64,000 nt of DNA from assembly GCF_036803785.1 (NCBI RefSeq), contig NZ_DAIRTR010000001.1:8222-72221 (forward strand). The letters run 5' to 3'. Shown here piece by piece: positions 18,666 to 28,806 of the stretch. Position 1 is the first letter of the stretch. Every line of letters starts with the position of its first letter. The position numbers were made by a program, and so were the translations under genes. The stretch is from Pelomicrobium sp. (GTDB taxonomy: Bacteria > Pseudomonadota > Gammaproteobacteria > Burkholderiales > UBA6910). The notes below the pieces were generated by a model. That model was not told the origin of the DNA, made no database searches, and was given only the letters and a program-made list of their open reading frames with translations.

Positions 18666-21071
18666 GTGCTGCCTGAAAAGGCGGTGGGGGTAGATGCGAT
18701 GAGCACGATCCTGCAATCCCAGAATTCCCAGGAACAGTTAGGAGAAATCACCGCCAAGCTTGGCTTTACGCGCAACTTGCAAGCGGTTACAAACAAGATC
18801 CATGCCACCTATAACATCGACGAAATTATGTTCGAGGTGAGCAAGGACATTTGTGATTTGTTCGAGGCCGACCGGCTAACGATTTATCTTCTGAGCGAAG
18901 ACAAACAATCTATTGTTTCCAAGGTTAAAACGGGTCTTAATTCTTTCAAAGATCTCAAGCTTCCCATCTCCGAGCAGAGCGTCGCAGGCTACGTTGCCTT
19001 GAGCAAGAGGCTCGTCAACATTCGGGACGTGTACGACGAACAGGAACTGCGACGCTTGAGCCCTCATCTGCACTTTCTGCATGAGGTGGATCGGCGCACC
19101 GGCTATCGCACCCGACAGATGCTAGTGGCCCCCATTTTGGACGCTAACGATAACGAACTAATCGGGGTTGTCCAGCTCATTAACACCCGTTCCGGCCAGC
19201 CGTTCTCGCAAGTAGCAGCCGAGGGCCTTACGGAGCTCGCTAAAACGCTGGCGATTGCTTTCCGGCAGCGGCAGAGCGCGCTCCAAGTCATCAAAACCAA
19301 GTACGATCAACTGATCGCGGACGGGATCATTTCCGCCCCAGAATACGACCTCGCCATGCGCTCGGCCCGGCGGAAGGGGCTTGACATTGAGGATGTGCTG
19401 ATCGACGAGTTCCAGGTGAAGCTCCCTTCGCTGGGCAAGTCCTTGTCAGTGTTTTTCGGAGTTCCCTATGAGCCGTACAACCCGGATCGGGTAAAGCCTT
19501 TCGACCTGCTCCGCAACTTGCGACGGGAGTACGTCGAAGAAAACGGTTGGCTACCCATTGAAGAGACCAAAGAGGGGCTAGTGATCCTCACCACCGACCC
19601 AGAACGGGTTCGCGCCTCTCGCATTGTCAACAATGTATTCCCCAAGCACCGCTTGGTTTACCGGGTCTGCACGCGGCGGGAATTCCGCAAGACGGTAGAT
19701 TTGTTCTACGGGGAAGGCGACCTCGGGTCGATCGGCGACCTGCTTTCCAATCTGGACGAGGATTCGGCGGACGATTACGGGCTTTCGGCCGATGATATTT
19801 CCGCCGCAGCGGACAACGAGTTAGTAAGGCTTGTCAACAAGATTATCATCGATGCCTATAACATGGGGGCGTCGGATATCCATATTGAACCTTATCCTGG
19901 GAAAGGGAAGACGGAAATCCGCTTCCGACGCGATGGTTCCCTCATGCCATACATCGAAGTTCCAGCGAGCTATCGTAATGCCATCGTGACTCGAATCAAG
20001 ATCATGTGCGATCTCGATATTTCCGAGAAGCGCAGGCCTCAGGACGGGAAAATAAAGTTTAAAAAGTTCGGGCCCCTGGACATCGAGTTGCGCGTTGCCA
20101 CGATTCCGACGGCAGGCGGCATGGAAGATGTAGTCATGCGCATCCTGGCTGCTGGAGAGCCGATTCCCTTGGACAAGCTGGGACTACTTGAGCACAATCG
20201 AAAGCGTCTCTTGGAATGCATCGAGAAGCCCTACGGCCTGTTCTTCGTCTGTGGCCCCACCGGTTCGGGCAAGACCACTACGCTGCATTCTATCCTGAAA
20301 CACCTGAACACCCCGGAGAATAAGATCTGGACTGCCGAGGACCCGGTAGAAATCACCCAGAAGGGCCTGCGCCAGGTACAGATCAATCCCAAGGCAGGAC
20401 TCACTTTCGCCACTGCCATGCGCTCCTTCCTGCGAGCCGACCCGGACATCATCATGGTGGGAGAGATGCGCGATAAGGAGACTACCAGCATCGGCATCGA
20501 GGCATCCCTCACGGGTCATCTCGTCTTTGCCACGTTGCATACCAACAGCGCGCCGGAATCTATTGTTCGCCTTCTCGACATGGGAATGGATCCGTTTAAT
20601 TTCGCCGACGCGCTGCTCGGCATTCTGGCGCAGCGCTTGGCAAAGCGGTTGTGCACCCAATGCAAACGGCCCCGGGCTGCCGGCCAGGAAGACGTCAAGC
20701 GGCTGTTGAACGAGTATACGGAAGAGCTCAAAAACCTGGAGTGGTTCAAGAAAGACCCGGCAGCAGCAATGAAGGGTATCTACGCCGAATGGACGCGCAA
20801 GTACGGGGACCAGAAGGGGCAGATTACTTTGTACGATCCTGTCGGCTGCGAGAACTGCGGGGGAACCGGCTACCGCGGGCGTGTGGGGTTGCACGAGTTG
20901 TTGGTGGGTACGGATGCAATCAAGCACCACATTCAAAGTCATTCCCGCGTGGCCGAGATGCTGGTCACGGCCCTGGACGAAGGCATGCGCACCCTGAAGC
21001 AAGACGGGATCGAGAAAGTCCTACAAGGAATTACCGACATGCACTCGGTACGGGCGGTGTGCATCAAGTAG
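18666..21071 (+). CDS. GspE/PilB-family secretion ATPase with an N-terminal GAF domain
   Basis: 801 aa. It has a GAF-like N-terminal approximately 200 aa and a T2SSE_N-like region, plus Walker A GPTGSGKTTT. A tetracysteine motif (CTQCKRP...CENCGGTGYRGR) is also present. The ATG at 18699 is an alternative start. Confidence 0.85.
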   Translation: MLPEKAVGVDAMSTILQSQNSQEQLGEITAKLGFTRNLQAVTNKIHATYNIDEIMFEVSKDICDLFEADRLTIYLLSEDKQSIVSKVKTGLNSFKDLKLPISEQSVAGYVALSKRLVNIRDVYDEQELRRLSPHLHFLHEVDRRTGYRTRQMLVAPILDANDNELIGVVQLINTRSGQPFSQVAAEGLTELAKTLAIAFRQRQSALQVIKTKYDQLIADGIISAPEYDLAMRSARRKGLDIEDVLIDEFQVKLPSLGKSLSVFFGVPYEPYNPDRVKPFDLLRNLRREYVEENGWLPIEETKEGLVILTTDPERVRASRIVNNVFPKHRLVYRVCTRREFRKTVDLFYGEGDLGSIGDLLSNLDEDSADDYGLSADDISAAADNELVRLVNKIIIDAYNMGASDIHIEPYPGKGKTEIRFRRDGSLMPYIEVPASYRNAIVTRIKIMCDLDISEKRRPQDGKIKFKKFGPLDIELRVATIPTAGGMEDVVMRILAAGEPIPLDKLGLLEHNRKRLLECIEKPYGLFFVCGPTGSGKTTTLHSILKHLNTPENKIWTAEDPVEITQKGLRQVQINPKAGLTFATAMRSFLRADPDIIMVGEMRDKETTSIGIEASLTGHLVFATLHTNSAPESIVRLLDMGMDPFNFADALLGILAQRLAKRLCTQCKRPRAAGQEDVKRLLNEYTEELKNLEWFKKDPAAAMKGIYAEWTRKYGDQKGQITLYDPVGCENCGGTGYRGRVGLHELLVGTDAIKHHIQSHSRVAEMLVTALDEGMRTLKQDGIEKVLQGITDMHSVRAVCIK

Positions 21072-21076
21072 CCGGC

Positions 21077-22903
21077 ATGAGCGGGTTTTCTGTTCATGAT
21101 CTGCTGGTAAGGCTCGAAGAGCTAAACGCGGTCGGTGCTGCCCTCAGCAGAGAAAAGGACTTGAGCCGCCTACTGGAAGCAATTTTAAAGGCGGCAAAGC
21201 GTATTACCCATGCCGAAGCCGGCACCCTGTATCTGATGGAGGACGGGGAGCGCTTGCGCTTCGAGCTGGTGCAGAATGACGCCCTAGGAATCGCCATGGG
21301 GGGCACGAGCGGCGTGCCCATTCCTTTTTATCCAGTACGACTCTACGACAGTGCCGGGCAACCCAATAACTCCATGGTGGTCGCCTTCGCCGCGCTGCGC
21401 GGTGAAACAGTGAACATCCCGGACGCCTATGCGGCAGAGGGTTTCGATTTTTCCGGCACCCGGAGTTTCGACGCGAAAACCGGCTATCGCTCGAAGTCCT
21501 TTCTCGCGGTGCCAATGAAAAACCACGAGAAGCAGACCATTGGCGTTCTGCAGCTCATCAACGCCAAAGATCGCTCGACTGGCGAAATTGTTCCCTTTTC
21601 CGATGCAGATCAACGTCTGGCCGAATCGCTGGCCTCCCAAGCTGCAATTGCGATTACAAACCGGCAGCTCATCGATCAGCTGGAAAAGCTGTTCGAATCG
21701 TTCATCAGTCTTATCAACGCAGCCATCGATGAGAAGTCCCCTTACACGGGGGGCCATTGCCAGCGCGTTCCGGTCTTGACCATGATGCTCGCCGATGCAG
21801 TATGCAGAACCGATGCGGGTCCGTTTAAAGATTTCAAAATGACCGATGCCGATCGGTACGAACTCAAGATCGCGGGGCTCTTGCACGATTGTGGCAAGAT
21901 CACGACCCCCGTACATATCGTCGATAAGGCCACCAAGCTGCAAACGATCTTCGACCGCATCCATTTGATCGACACCCGGTTCGAGGTGCTCAAGCGAGAT
22001 GCAGAAATCGCTATGCTTCGCCAGCTCCTGGCCCTGGGCGCGACCTCTCTCCCCCGTTCTTCGCCAAAACTGATGAGGTACGCCTCGCTGCACCACGGCA
22101 GCGACAGGCCGGAGGAATCGGCGCATTTCGCCGCGCTCAACACACCCTATGAATCTGTTGGATATGCTTCGGCGCCCTATCCGAGTGTTACCGGCTTGAA
22201 GTTGGGGAATGCCCCTCCGGCGAAAGCGCGTGCATCCCTCGAACGGGATTACCGGGAACGGCTGACCCAAATCGAGGCGGATCGGAACTTTCTGAGGAAG
22301 TGCAACCTTGGGGTCGAAGCCATGCGGCCCGAGGATCAGGCGCGAGTGCATCAGATAGCATCACGGTACAGGTGGATCGATGCGACCGGCAAAGAAACAC
22401 CATTTCTCACCGACGACGAGATCGAAAATCTCACCGTCGAAAAGGGGACTCTCACCACCAAGGAGCGGGAGATCATTAACCATCACATCGTGGTCACCAT
22501 CCGCATGCTGGAATCCTTGCCTTGGCCTGCCCACTTAAAGAACGTCCCAGAATATGCGGGCGGACATCACGAGCGGGTGGATGGCAAGGGATACCCGCGG
22601 GGGCTCACTAAGGATCAGATGTCGGTTCAGGCCCGGATGATGGCGATTGCCGACATCTTCGAAGCGTTGACGGCGGCGGACCGGCCCTACAAGCGGGGCA
22701 AGACTTTGAGCGAAGCCCTTTCCATCCTAGGCCGACTCGCCTTAAATGGCCACATCGACCCAGATCTGTTTCAGGTCTTCGTACGGGAAAAAGTCTATCT
22801 GCGTTATGCCCGGGAATTCCTGGAGCCTGAACAGATCGACACGGTGGATGAGGCGAGCATTCCTGGCTACGATCCGCATGCCTTCGCGGCTGATAGAAAG
22901 TGA
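21077..22903 (+). CDS. GAF-domain HD-GYP phosphodiesterase (HD-GYP domain split by a long insert)
   Basis: The ATG lies 5 nt after the gspE-like stop. An N-terminal GAF domain is followed by HDCGKITTP (HD) and GGHHERVDGKGYPRGL (GYP), separated by about 190 residues. The ORF-track start at 20651 overlaps the previous gene and is rejected. Confidence 0.85.
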   Translation: MSGFSVHDLLVRLEELNAVGAALSREKDLSRLLEAILKAAKRITHAEAGTLYLMEDGERLRFELVQNDALGIAMGGTSGVPIPFYPVRLYDSAGQPNNSMVVAFAALRGETVNIPDAYAAEGFDFSGTRSFDAKTGYRSKSFLAVPMKNHEKQTIGVLQLINAKDRSTGEIVPFSDADQRLAESLASQAAIAITNRQLIDQLEKLFESFISLINAAIDEKSPYTGGHCQRVPVLTMMLADAVCRTDAGPFKDFKMTDADRYELKIAGLLHDCGKITTPVHIVDKATKLQTIFDRIHLIDTRFEVLKRDAEIAMLRQLLALGATSLPRSSPKLMRYASLHHGSDRPEESAHFAALNTPYESVGYASAPYPSVTGLKLGNAPPAKARASLERDYRERLTQIEADRNFLRKCNLGVEAMRPEDQARVHQIASRYRWIDATGKETPFLTDDEIENLTVEKGTLTTKEREIINHHIVVTIRMLESLPWPAHLKNVPEYAGGHHERVDGKGYPRGLTKDQMSVQARMMAIADIFEALTAADRPYKRGKTLSEALSILGRLALNGHIDPDLFQVFVREKVYLRYAREFLEPEQIDTVDEASIPGYDPHAFAADRK

Positions 22904-23148
22904 CGAAGAGCGTCAGTTTTTGCCTGTCCGCGGGGGTCCACCAAAGCCATGGGCCCCTTTCTGTTGTTCAGCCGGCCACCCCAGACCTTGCTCAGCCGGC
23001 CCAAGAAGAACCTTGGGCTCCAATGGATCTCCTCCAGCCCCCATTTTCTTGAGAGGAAAGCGCGCAACTGCGCCAGGAGGGCAGCGCTCGAGTGCTCCTC
23101 GGCACGATGTTGTAAAAAAAGATAAACCCGGAAGATTCCTGAGCGGCT

Positions 23149-23164
23149 TGGCATGCACCTTGCT
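23149..23164 (+). promoter_or_regulatory. Sigma54 (-24/-12) promoter of pilin gene 1
   Basis: TGGCAT-GCACC-TTGCT matches TGGCAC-N5-TTGCW with correct spacing. It lies 57 nt upstream of the ATG at 23221. Confidence 0.65.
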
Positions 23165-23220
23165 CAACCCCAGGCTGGGAGTGTGTCCCTTGGGTCTTTT
23201 TCGGTGAAAAGGAGCGTTTT

Positions 23221-23658
23221 ATGAAACAGTTGCAAAAAGGTTTCACGTTGATCGAGCTGATGATCGTGGTAGCGATCATCGGCATTCTGGCCGCTATCGC
23301 GATCCCCGCCTACCAGGACTATACGGCCCGGGCGCAGATGTCCGAAGCGGTGGAGCTCCTGGCGGGCGGCAAGACGCCGCTTGCTGAGTGGTACGCCGAC
23401 AAGGGCACGTGGCCTGCTAATCCGGCCTCCGTCATGAACACCCTTTCCGGGAAATACGTGGCAGCGATTGCTTATAGCGGCACGCCTTCTGGCTCGACCC
23501 TTGCGTTGCAAGCGACAATGCGAGCGAGCGGGGTAAATTCAGCAATTCAAAGCAAGACCGTTGTATTGGAAACGGCGGACGGCGGTAGGACCTGGACTTG
23601 CAAGAGTGATGGTACTGCACCGGTTGATGCCAAGTACCTGCCCGCTTCGTGCCGGTAA
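23221..23658 (+). CDS. pilA: Type IVa major pilin
   Basis: Leader MKQLQKG followed by [27 protein letters not shown] (Glu5). A C-terminal Cys pair ([18 protein letters not shown]) forms the disulfide-bonded loop. Confidence 0.9.
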   Translation: MKQLQKGFTLIELMIVVAIIGILAAIAIPAYQDYTARAQMSEAVELLAGGKTPLAEWYADKGTWPANPASVMNTLSGKYVAAIAYSGTPSGSTLALQATMRASGVNSAIQSKTVVLETADGGRTWTCKSDGTAPVDAKYLPASCR

Positions 23659-23672
23659 TTATCTTCGATCAC

Positions 23673-23712
23673 AACAGCCTGCCCGAGAAATCGTGCAGGC
23701 TGTTCTTTTTTT
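23673..23712 (+). terminator. Rho-independent terminator after pilA
   Basis: 10-bp stem AACAGCCTGC/GCAGGCTGTT with a 12-nt loop, followed by CTTTTTTTT. Confidence 0.8.
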
Positions 23713-23788
23713 GCAGAGATGTTTTTTCAAATTGATGGTCAGCTGTCGTCCTCGAAAGTGTTGATGGCGATCATAAATCCTTCTGGCG

Positions 23789-25759
23789 ATGATAACTGAC
23801 TCATTTGGTTCGGCTTGCCCTGCGGCGTGTACCGCGTTTAAGCGGGAAGAGCTTCTTCGGACCGAGCTAATCCCAGGAGCAATTTTTTGGGTTCTTGTTC
23901 TTCTTACCGCGCTCCTCTATTGGCCGGGGCTGAAAGGAGATTTTCTCCTTGACGACTTTCAGAACCTGCGCTTTCTGGGGCAACTTTCCTCTCGGTCGTC
24001 CACTGAGTGGCTGCTTCCTGTTCTATCTGGCATTAGCAGTGAGGCCGGACGACCACTGTCCCTTGCCAGTTTCGCACTTCAGCACGCCGACTGGCCTCGT
24101 AATGTCGCTGCATTCAAGTATGTCAACGTACTGCTCCACCTGTTGAACGGGTGCCTCCTGTTCTGGCTCTGGCTGAAGCTCGGCCGCTTGACAGGCATCC
24201 CCGGGCGGCGGAATCTCCTCATTGGCCTCATCGCAGTGAGCATCTGGCTGCTGCACCCATTGCTGGTTTCCACGACCCTGTACGTCGTTCAGCGCATGAC
24301 CCAGTTGTCGGCCTTGTTCACGCTGGTCGGGCTTCTTTTTTATCTCCACGGGCGTGAATATCAGCAAGCGGGGAGACTGCGCTCCGGCTACTTGTGGATT
24401 TCCCTAGGAGTCGGTCTGTTCGGTCTGCTGGCGACGCTGAGCAAAGAAAACGGAATCTTAATCTGCCTGCTGGCGCTTTCCATGGAAGCTACTCTGCTGC
24501 GGGGCTTTCCATCTCCGTCCGGCTGGCGGGCATGGAAGCTCATTTTCCTATACGGGCCGGTCGCCTTGCTTGCCTTGGTGGTAATCTGGCGCTTCGACAC
24601 GATGGTACTGGGGCCTTATGCCATCCGGGATTTCACGCTCATCGAACGACTGATGACCCAGGCGAGGGTGTTGGTGGAATACCTGGGCTTGACCGTGGCG
24701 CCCGTCCCGAGCGCGCTGGGGCTATACCACGATGACTATGCTCCCTCTCGAGGACTGCTTGCCCCCGTCACCACGCTGGGGTCCGTTTTCCTGATCGTGG
24801 GTCTCGTTGTCCTCGCCTTTGCTACCAGACGCCGCGCACCGGTCTTTTCGTTTGGTCTGCTCTGGTTTTTTATTGGCCATTTGCTGGAATCCACGATATT
24901 CCCGCTGGAGCTTTACTTTGAGCACCGGAATTACCTGCCCATGGCTGGGCCTGTTTTCGCCTTGAGTTTTTACGGGGTCGATTTGGTGGAAAGAATCAAG
25001 TCCATACCGGTGAAACGGGCACTGCGGTTTTTCCCCGTTTTGTATCTCTCGATCCTCGCTGCCATCACATTCAATGAGGCTCGGCTGTGGGGAGATCCGG
25101 TGAGGCAGGCGTATACCTGGGCCAAGGAAAAGCCATATTCTATCCGAGCCCAGGAACGTCTGGCGGGCATCTGGCAAGCTTTAAAAGAGTATCAGAAAGC
25201 AGCGGCAATATATCGAGAAATGGGAAAGAAATTTCCTAGAGACGTTGGGAGTTATGTTGCCTGGTTAAGTGTTGGCTGTTACGACGGTTCAATAGAGTTA
25301 CCAAACCAGCAAACTCTCCTACAGAATCTTAAAAATGCCCGTTTTTCAAATGCTCCCGTGGCGTCCCTGGATGTGATCGTAACGGCAAAGGAAAAAGGGG
25401 AATGCATCCGGATCAGCGACGCGCACGTCCTGGAGCTCATTGACGCGCTGGTGCAGAATCCAAAGTATGCAGCACACCTAGATAATCTGAGTTTATTGGC
25501 GGGCCGGCTATATGCAAACATGGGGTATCTAGACAATGCTATCAAGGCTCTAGATAGAGCATATATGAAGAGTCCCCGTGTCGATATAGCATTCTTTCAG
25601 GCAGATTTGCTTGCGAGCGCCGGGTTATACGATGACGCTTTGCGCTACGTTGAAAAGGCGCGGCAAGCGGTAAGTGCGTTTCCCATCAAGCGAGATTTGC
25701 AGTTGGCGAATATTGCCGCCCTAGAGCGCGCAATTCTACGGGACAAAGGGGCTCTGTAG
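23789..25759 (+). CDS. Polytopic GT-C-like membrane protein with C-terminal TPR repeats (PMT/TMTC-like; candidate protein O-glycosyltransferase)
   Basis: 656 aa. About 11 TM helices make up the N-terminal two thirds. An acidic DD motif follows TM1 (YWPGLKGDFLLDDFQNL), as in GT-C first loops. The C-terminal approximately 200 aa are TPR-like. Confidence 0.55.
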   Translation: MITDSFGSACPAACTAFKREELLRTELIPGAIFWVLVLLTALLYWPGLKGDFLLDDFQNLRFLGQLSSRSSTEWLLPVLSGISSEAGRPLSLASFALQHADWPRNVAAFKYVNVLLHLLNGCLLFWLWLKLGRLTGIPGRRNLLIGLIAVSIWLLHPLLVSTTLYVVQRMTQLSALFTLVGLLFYLHGREYQQAGRLRSGYLWISLGVGLFGLLATLSKENGILICLLALSMEATLLRGFPSPSGWRAWKLIFLYGPVALLALVVIWRFDTMVLGPYAIRDFTLIERLMTQARVLVEYLGLTVAPVPSALGLYHDDYAPSRGLLAPVTTLGSVFLIVGLVVLAFATRRRAPVFSFGLLWFFIGHLLESTIFPLELYFEHRNYLPMAGPVFALSFYGVDLVERIKSIPVKRALRFFPVLYLSILAAITFNEARLWGDPVRQAYTWAKEKPYSIRAQERLAGIWQALKEYQKAAAIYREMGKKFPRDVGSYVAWLSVGCYDGSIELPNQQTLLQNLKNARFSNAPVASLDVIVTAKEKGECIRISDAHVLELIDALVQNPKYAAHLDNLSLLAGRLYANMGYLDNAIKALDRAYMKSPRVDIAFFQADLLASAGLYDDALRYVEKARQAVSAFPIKRDLQLANIAALERAILRDKGAL

Positions 25760-25803
25760 GCGGCATAATTTTGGGTGGCCATAGAGAAACGAGAAGTGCA
25801 CAC

Positions 25804-26667
25804 ATGGCTCCCAAAACCTTGAGCATCGTCATTCCTGCACGCAACGAGGCGGCTAGCTTGAAGAACTTATTGCCGGCCTTGCGGCAGCGTTATCCGGAAT
25901 CCGAGATTCTGTTGGTGGATGACGCATCGGAAGACGAAACGGCGGACTTGTGCCAGCGCCATGGCGTGAAGCGGATTGCCCACCCCTACCACATGGGTAA
26001 TGGCGCTGCGGTTAAGACGGGCGCCCGGGCAGCGCGGGGTGAGGTGTTGGTCTTCATGGATGCCGACGGACAGCACCGTCCAGAAGATATCGCCAAGTTG
26101 CTGGAGAAGTTGGCGGAAGGCTACGACATGGTCGTGGGCGCCCGAGATGGGAGCTCCCAGGCTGGGGCTCACCGGGCCATCGCCAACAGGTTTTACAATC
26201 GGCTGGCGAGCTGGATGGTGGGCCAGCAGGTGGCGGATCTGACTTCCGGCTTTAGGGTCGTGAAAGCGGAGAAGTTCCGAAAGTTTTTGTACCTTCTGCC
26301 GAACGGTTTTTCTTATCCTACCACTATCACCATGAGTTTTTTCCGGGCAGGTTATCCGGTAGCCTACGTGCCCATTGTGGCACCTCCCCGCATCGGTAAA
26401 AGCCACTTGCGGCTGTTTCGGGACGGGTTTCGATTCTTGCTCATCATTTTCAAGATTGGCACCCTTTATTCTCCGCTTAAGCTCTTCGTTCCAGCGAGCG
26501 CTTTTTTCTTCCTCACCGGACTCGGATATTACCTTTATACTTTTCTGAGCTTCCATCGCTTTACTAACATGTCGGCGCTGCTGTTCATCACGTCGATTCT
26601 CATTTTTCTCATGGGACTCGTCTCTGAGCAGATCACGAATCTCAACTACAAGGACAGTGACCGCTGA
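25804..26667 (+). CDS. GT2 polyprenyl-phosphate glycosyltransferase (GtrB/ArnC/DPM1-like) with two C-terminal TM helices
   Basis: Motifs LSIVIPARNE, LLVDDASEDET and VFMDADGQH (DxD). The C-terminus has hydrophobic helices. The ATG at 25804 is preferred over the ORF-track start at 25771. Confidence 0.75.
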   Translation: MAPKTLSIVIPARNEAASLKNLLPALRQRYPESEILLVDDASEDETADLCQRHGVKRIAHPYHMGNGAAVKTGARAARGEVLVFMDADGQHRPEDIAKLLEKLAEGYDMVVGARDGSSQAGAHRAIANRFYNRLASWMVGQQVADLTSGFRVVKAEKFRKFLYLLPNGFSYPTTITMSFFRAGYPVAYVPIVAPPRIGKSHLRLFRDGFRFLLIIFKIGTLYSPLKLFVPASAFFFLTGLGYYLYTFLSFHRFTNMSALLFITSILIFLMGLVSEQITNLNYKDSDR

Positions 26668-27889
26668 AGTTACCCGCTGCCGTGTTCTCGTACTGACTTC
26701 TACGTTCCCGCGCTGGGAGGGAGATCACGAGCCGCCATTTGTTTATGAGCTCTGCCGACGGCTCGCTAGATGCTTCGATGTCCTGGTTTTGGCTCCCCAC
26801 GCTGCTGGCGCAGCACGGCGAGAGATTATCGCGGGCGTCGAGGTAGTGCGCTTTCGCTACTTTTTTCCCAAGTGGCAAAAGCTGGCGTACGAGGGGGGTA
26901 TTCTGGCGAAATTACAGAGAAACAAATGGCTTTACTTACAGGTGCCTTTCTTTTTTCTTTTCCAACTACTCAGCTTGATGAGAATCATGGGCGAAAAGAG
27001 GTTCGACGTCATCCACGCCCATTGGTTGATACCTCAAGGGCTGATTGCCGTATTGGCCAGATTTTTTCTCAGAAAACGACTTCCTCTTCTTTGCACGTCC
27101 CATGGTGGGGATCTTTATGGCCTGAAGAATGCCTGGTTGATCCGGTTGAAGCAGGTGGTTCTCGGTCGGGTAGATGCGTTGACGGTGGTGAGCCGTTCGA
27201 TGGCTGAGGAGGCGGTGAGGCTTGGAGCCCAAGAGGAGTCTTTGCACGTCGTCTCTATGGGGGTAGATGCTTGCGCGCTTTTTACCCCGAGTGAGTATGA
27301 AGCAAGGAGTAATCACGAACTCTTGTTCGTGGGCAGGCTGGTCGAAAAAAAAGGTCTGGCTTACCTATTCGAAGCAATGCCCGCTATCCTGGCGAGTTAT
27401 CCGCAAGCGAAACTTTCTGTGGTGGGAAGCGGGCCGGAAGAACACCGCCTTCGGTCTCTGGCCCGGGAGCTTGGAATCTCGGACAAAGTCGTTTTTGAGG
27501 GAGCTATCCCCAATGTCGACCTTCCTCGCCTGTATCGCCGGGCGACCGTGTTTGTCGCGCCGTCGGTCATCGCGAAGAGTGGCGACCAAGAAGGGCTGGG
27601 GCTAGTACTTGCGGAGGCTTTGGCTTGCGAATGCCCGGTTGTGGCTTTTGATCTTCCGGCCATTCGGGAAGTAGTCATCGATGGAGTAACCGGCCTAACG
27701 GCTCGTGAGCGGGACAGCTCAGATCTTGCATCAAAAGTGATCAAACTTTTAGACAATCCAGATCTTCGCAAGCATCTCGCTCGAGAAGGCAGGCGGCATG
27801 TCTTGACCCGGTTTGATTGGGAAGTAATCTCCTCCCGTTATACACGGCTGATTGATGTCTTGGCCAAGTCATGTCCGCAGGAAAACTAG
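26657..27889 (+). CDS. Glycosyltransferase family 4 (GT-B fold)
   Basis: 410 aa with the E-x7-E region EGLGLVLAEALACECPVVAFDLPAIREVV. Confidence 0.8.
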   Translation: MTAEVTRCRVLVLTSTFPRWEGDHEPPFVYELCRRLARCFDVLVLAPHAAGAARREIIAGVEVVRFRYFFPKWQKLAYEGGILAKLQRNKWLYLQVPFFFLFQLLSLMRIMGEKRFDVIHAHWLIPQGLIAVLARFFLRKRLPLLCTSHGGDLYGLKNAWLIRLKQVVLGRVDALTVVSRSMAEEAVRLGAQEESLHVVSMGVDACALFTPSEYEARSNHELLFVGRLVEKKGLAYLFEAMPAILASYPQAKLSVVGSGPEEHRLRSLARELGISDKVVFEGAIPNVDLPRLYRRATVFVAPSVIAKSGDQEGLGLVLAEALACECPVVAFDLPAIREVVIDGVTGLTARERDSSDLASKVIKLLDNPDLRKHLAREGRRHVLTRFDWEVISSRYTRLIDVLAKSCPQEN

Positions 27890-28782
27890 ATTCAACTAAG
27901 AGCAATCATAAGAGTATTTGCGCCATTGTCCTCGATTACCGCGGTGCGCAAAAGACTGCCAAATGTCTAAGCTCGCTGATCGGCCAGGGGATAGATCATG
28001 TCATCGTCGTTGATAATTCAAGCGACGCCAAGGCATCACAAGAGCTGACGGAAGCACTAGATTCAATACGCCGCAAGGGCCCGGAATTCACTATTTGTCT
28101 CCTCACGCCAGGAGAGAATCTCGGATTCGCGAAAGGGGTGAACTTTGCTTTGCAGCATGTTGCTGGCAACAACACGTTATATGACTACTATCTTCTGATT
28201 AATAACGATGCGGAGGCGACCCTTAATCTAGTCTCTAGGCTAAGGCAAGCACTCGATAACGATCCAAAGCTTTGCCTCGTTGCTCCTTCCATTTTCTCTG
28301 TATCAGGCGAGGAACAGGCCCTGGTGTGGTATCAGCGTTACTTCGGTCTGCTCACCAGGCGCAGAAACCCTCTCGCCTTTCCCTACCTTAGTGGTTGTTG
28401 TCTGATGTTCAAGAAAGAGCTTGCCGGTTCTGGAAAACTCCTGGACGAGGAGTTTTTCATGTATGGCGAGGATGCGGCCCTAGGCTGGCAGCTCTTCAGA
28501 GCAAGGAAAGAAATAAAGTGTCTCCGAGACGCGCTTGTTCTACATGAGGGCGGGGCGTCGTCCTCCAAAGCCGGGCTGTTTTACGAATATCATTTGGCTC
28601 GTGCACACATCTTGCTTGCGTTAAAAACCTGGTGGTGGCCAGTGGAAATTCCATTTATGGTGCTGTGTAAGTTGCTAGCTTTGACTGCCAGAGCCTTCAT
28701 ACGATGCGTCCGATATCGCAGCGCAATCCCTCTTTACGCTTTTGTGTTGTCTTGGTTACCGTTCAAGCTACGGAATCCGTAA
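27871..28782 (+). CDS. Glycosyltransferase family 2
   Basis: 303 aa with CAIVLDYRG, VIVVDNSSD and LLINNDA motifs. It overlaps the upstream gene by 19 nt. Confidence 0.75.
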   Translation: MSAGKLDSTKSNHKSICAIVLDYRGAQKTAKCLSSLIGQGIDHVIVVDNSSDAKASQELTEALDSIRRKGPEFTICLLTPGENLGFAKGVNFALQHVAGNNTLYDYYLLINNDAEATLNLVSRLRQALDNDPKLCLVAPSIFSVSGEEQALVWYQRYFGLLTRRRNPLAFPYLSGCCLMFKKELAGSGKLLDEEFFMYGEDAALGWQLFRARKEIKCLRDALVLHEGGASSSKAGLFYEYHLARAHILLALKTWWWPVEIPFMVLCKLLALTARAFIRCVRYRSAIPLYAFVLSWLPFKLRNP

Positions 28783-28806
28783 AGGAATCGAGCGGACGGC
28801 GGACGA

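Noticed and set aside
20651-21076. N-terminal 142-codon extension of the HD-GYP ORF in the six-frame track
   Set aside because: The extension overlaps the 3' end of the GspE-like gene out of frame and is Arg/Gly-rich. An ATG at 21077, 5 nt after the upstream stop, gives a sensible GAF N-terminus.
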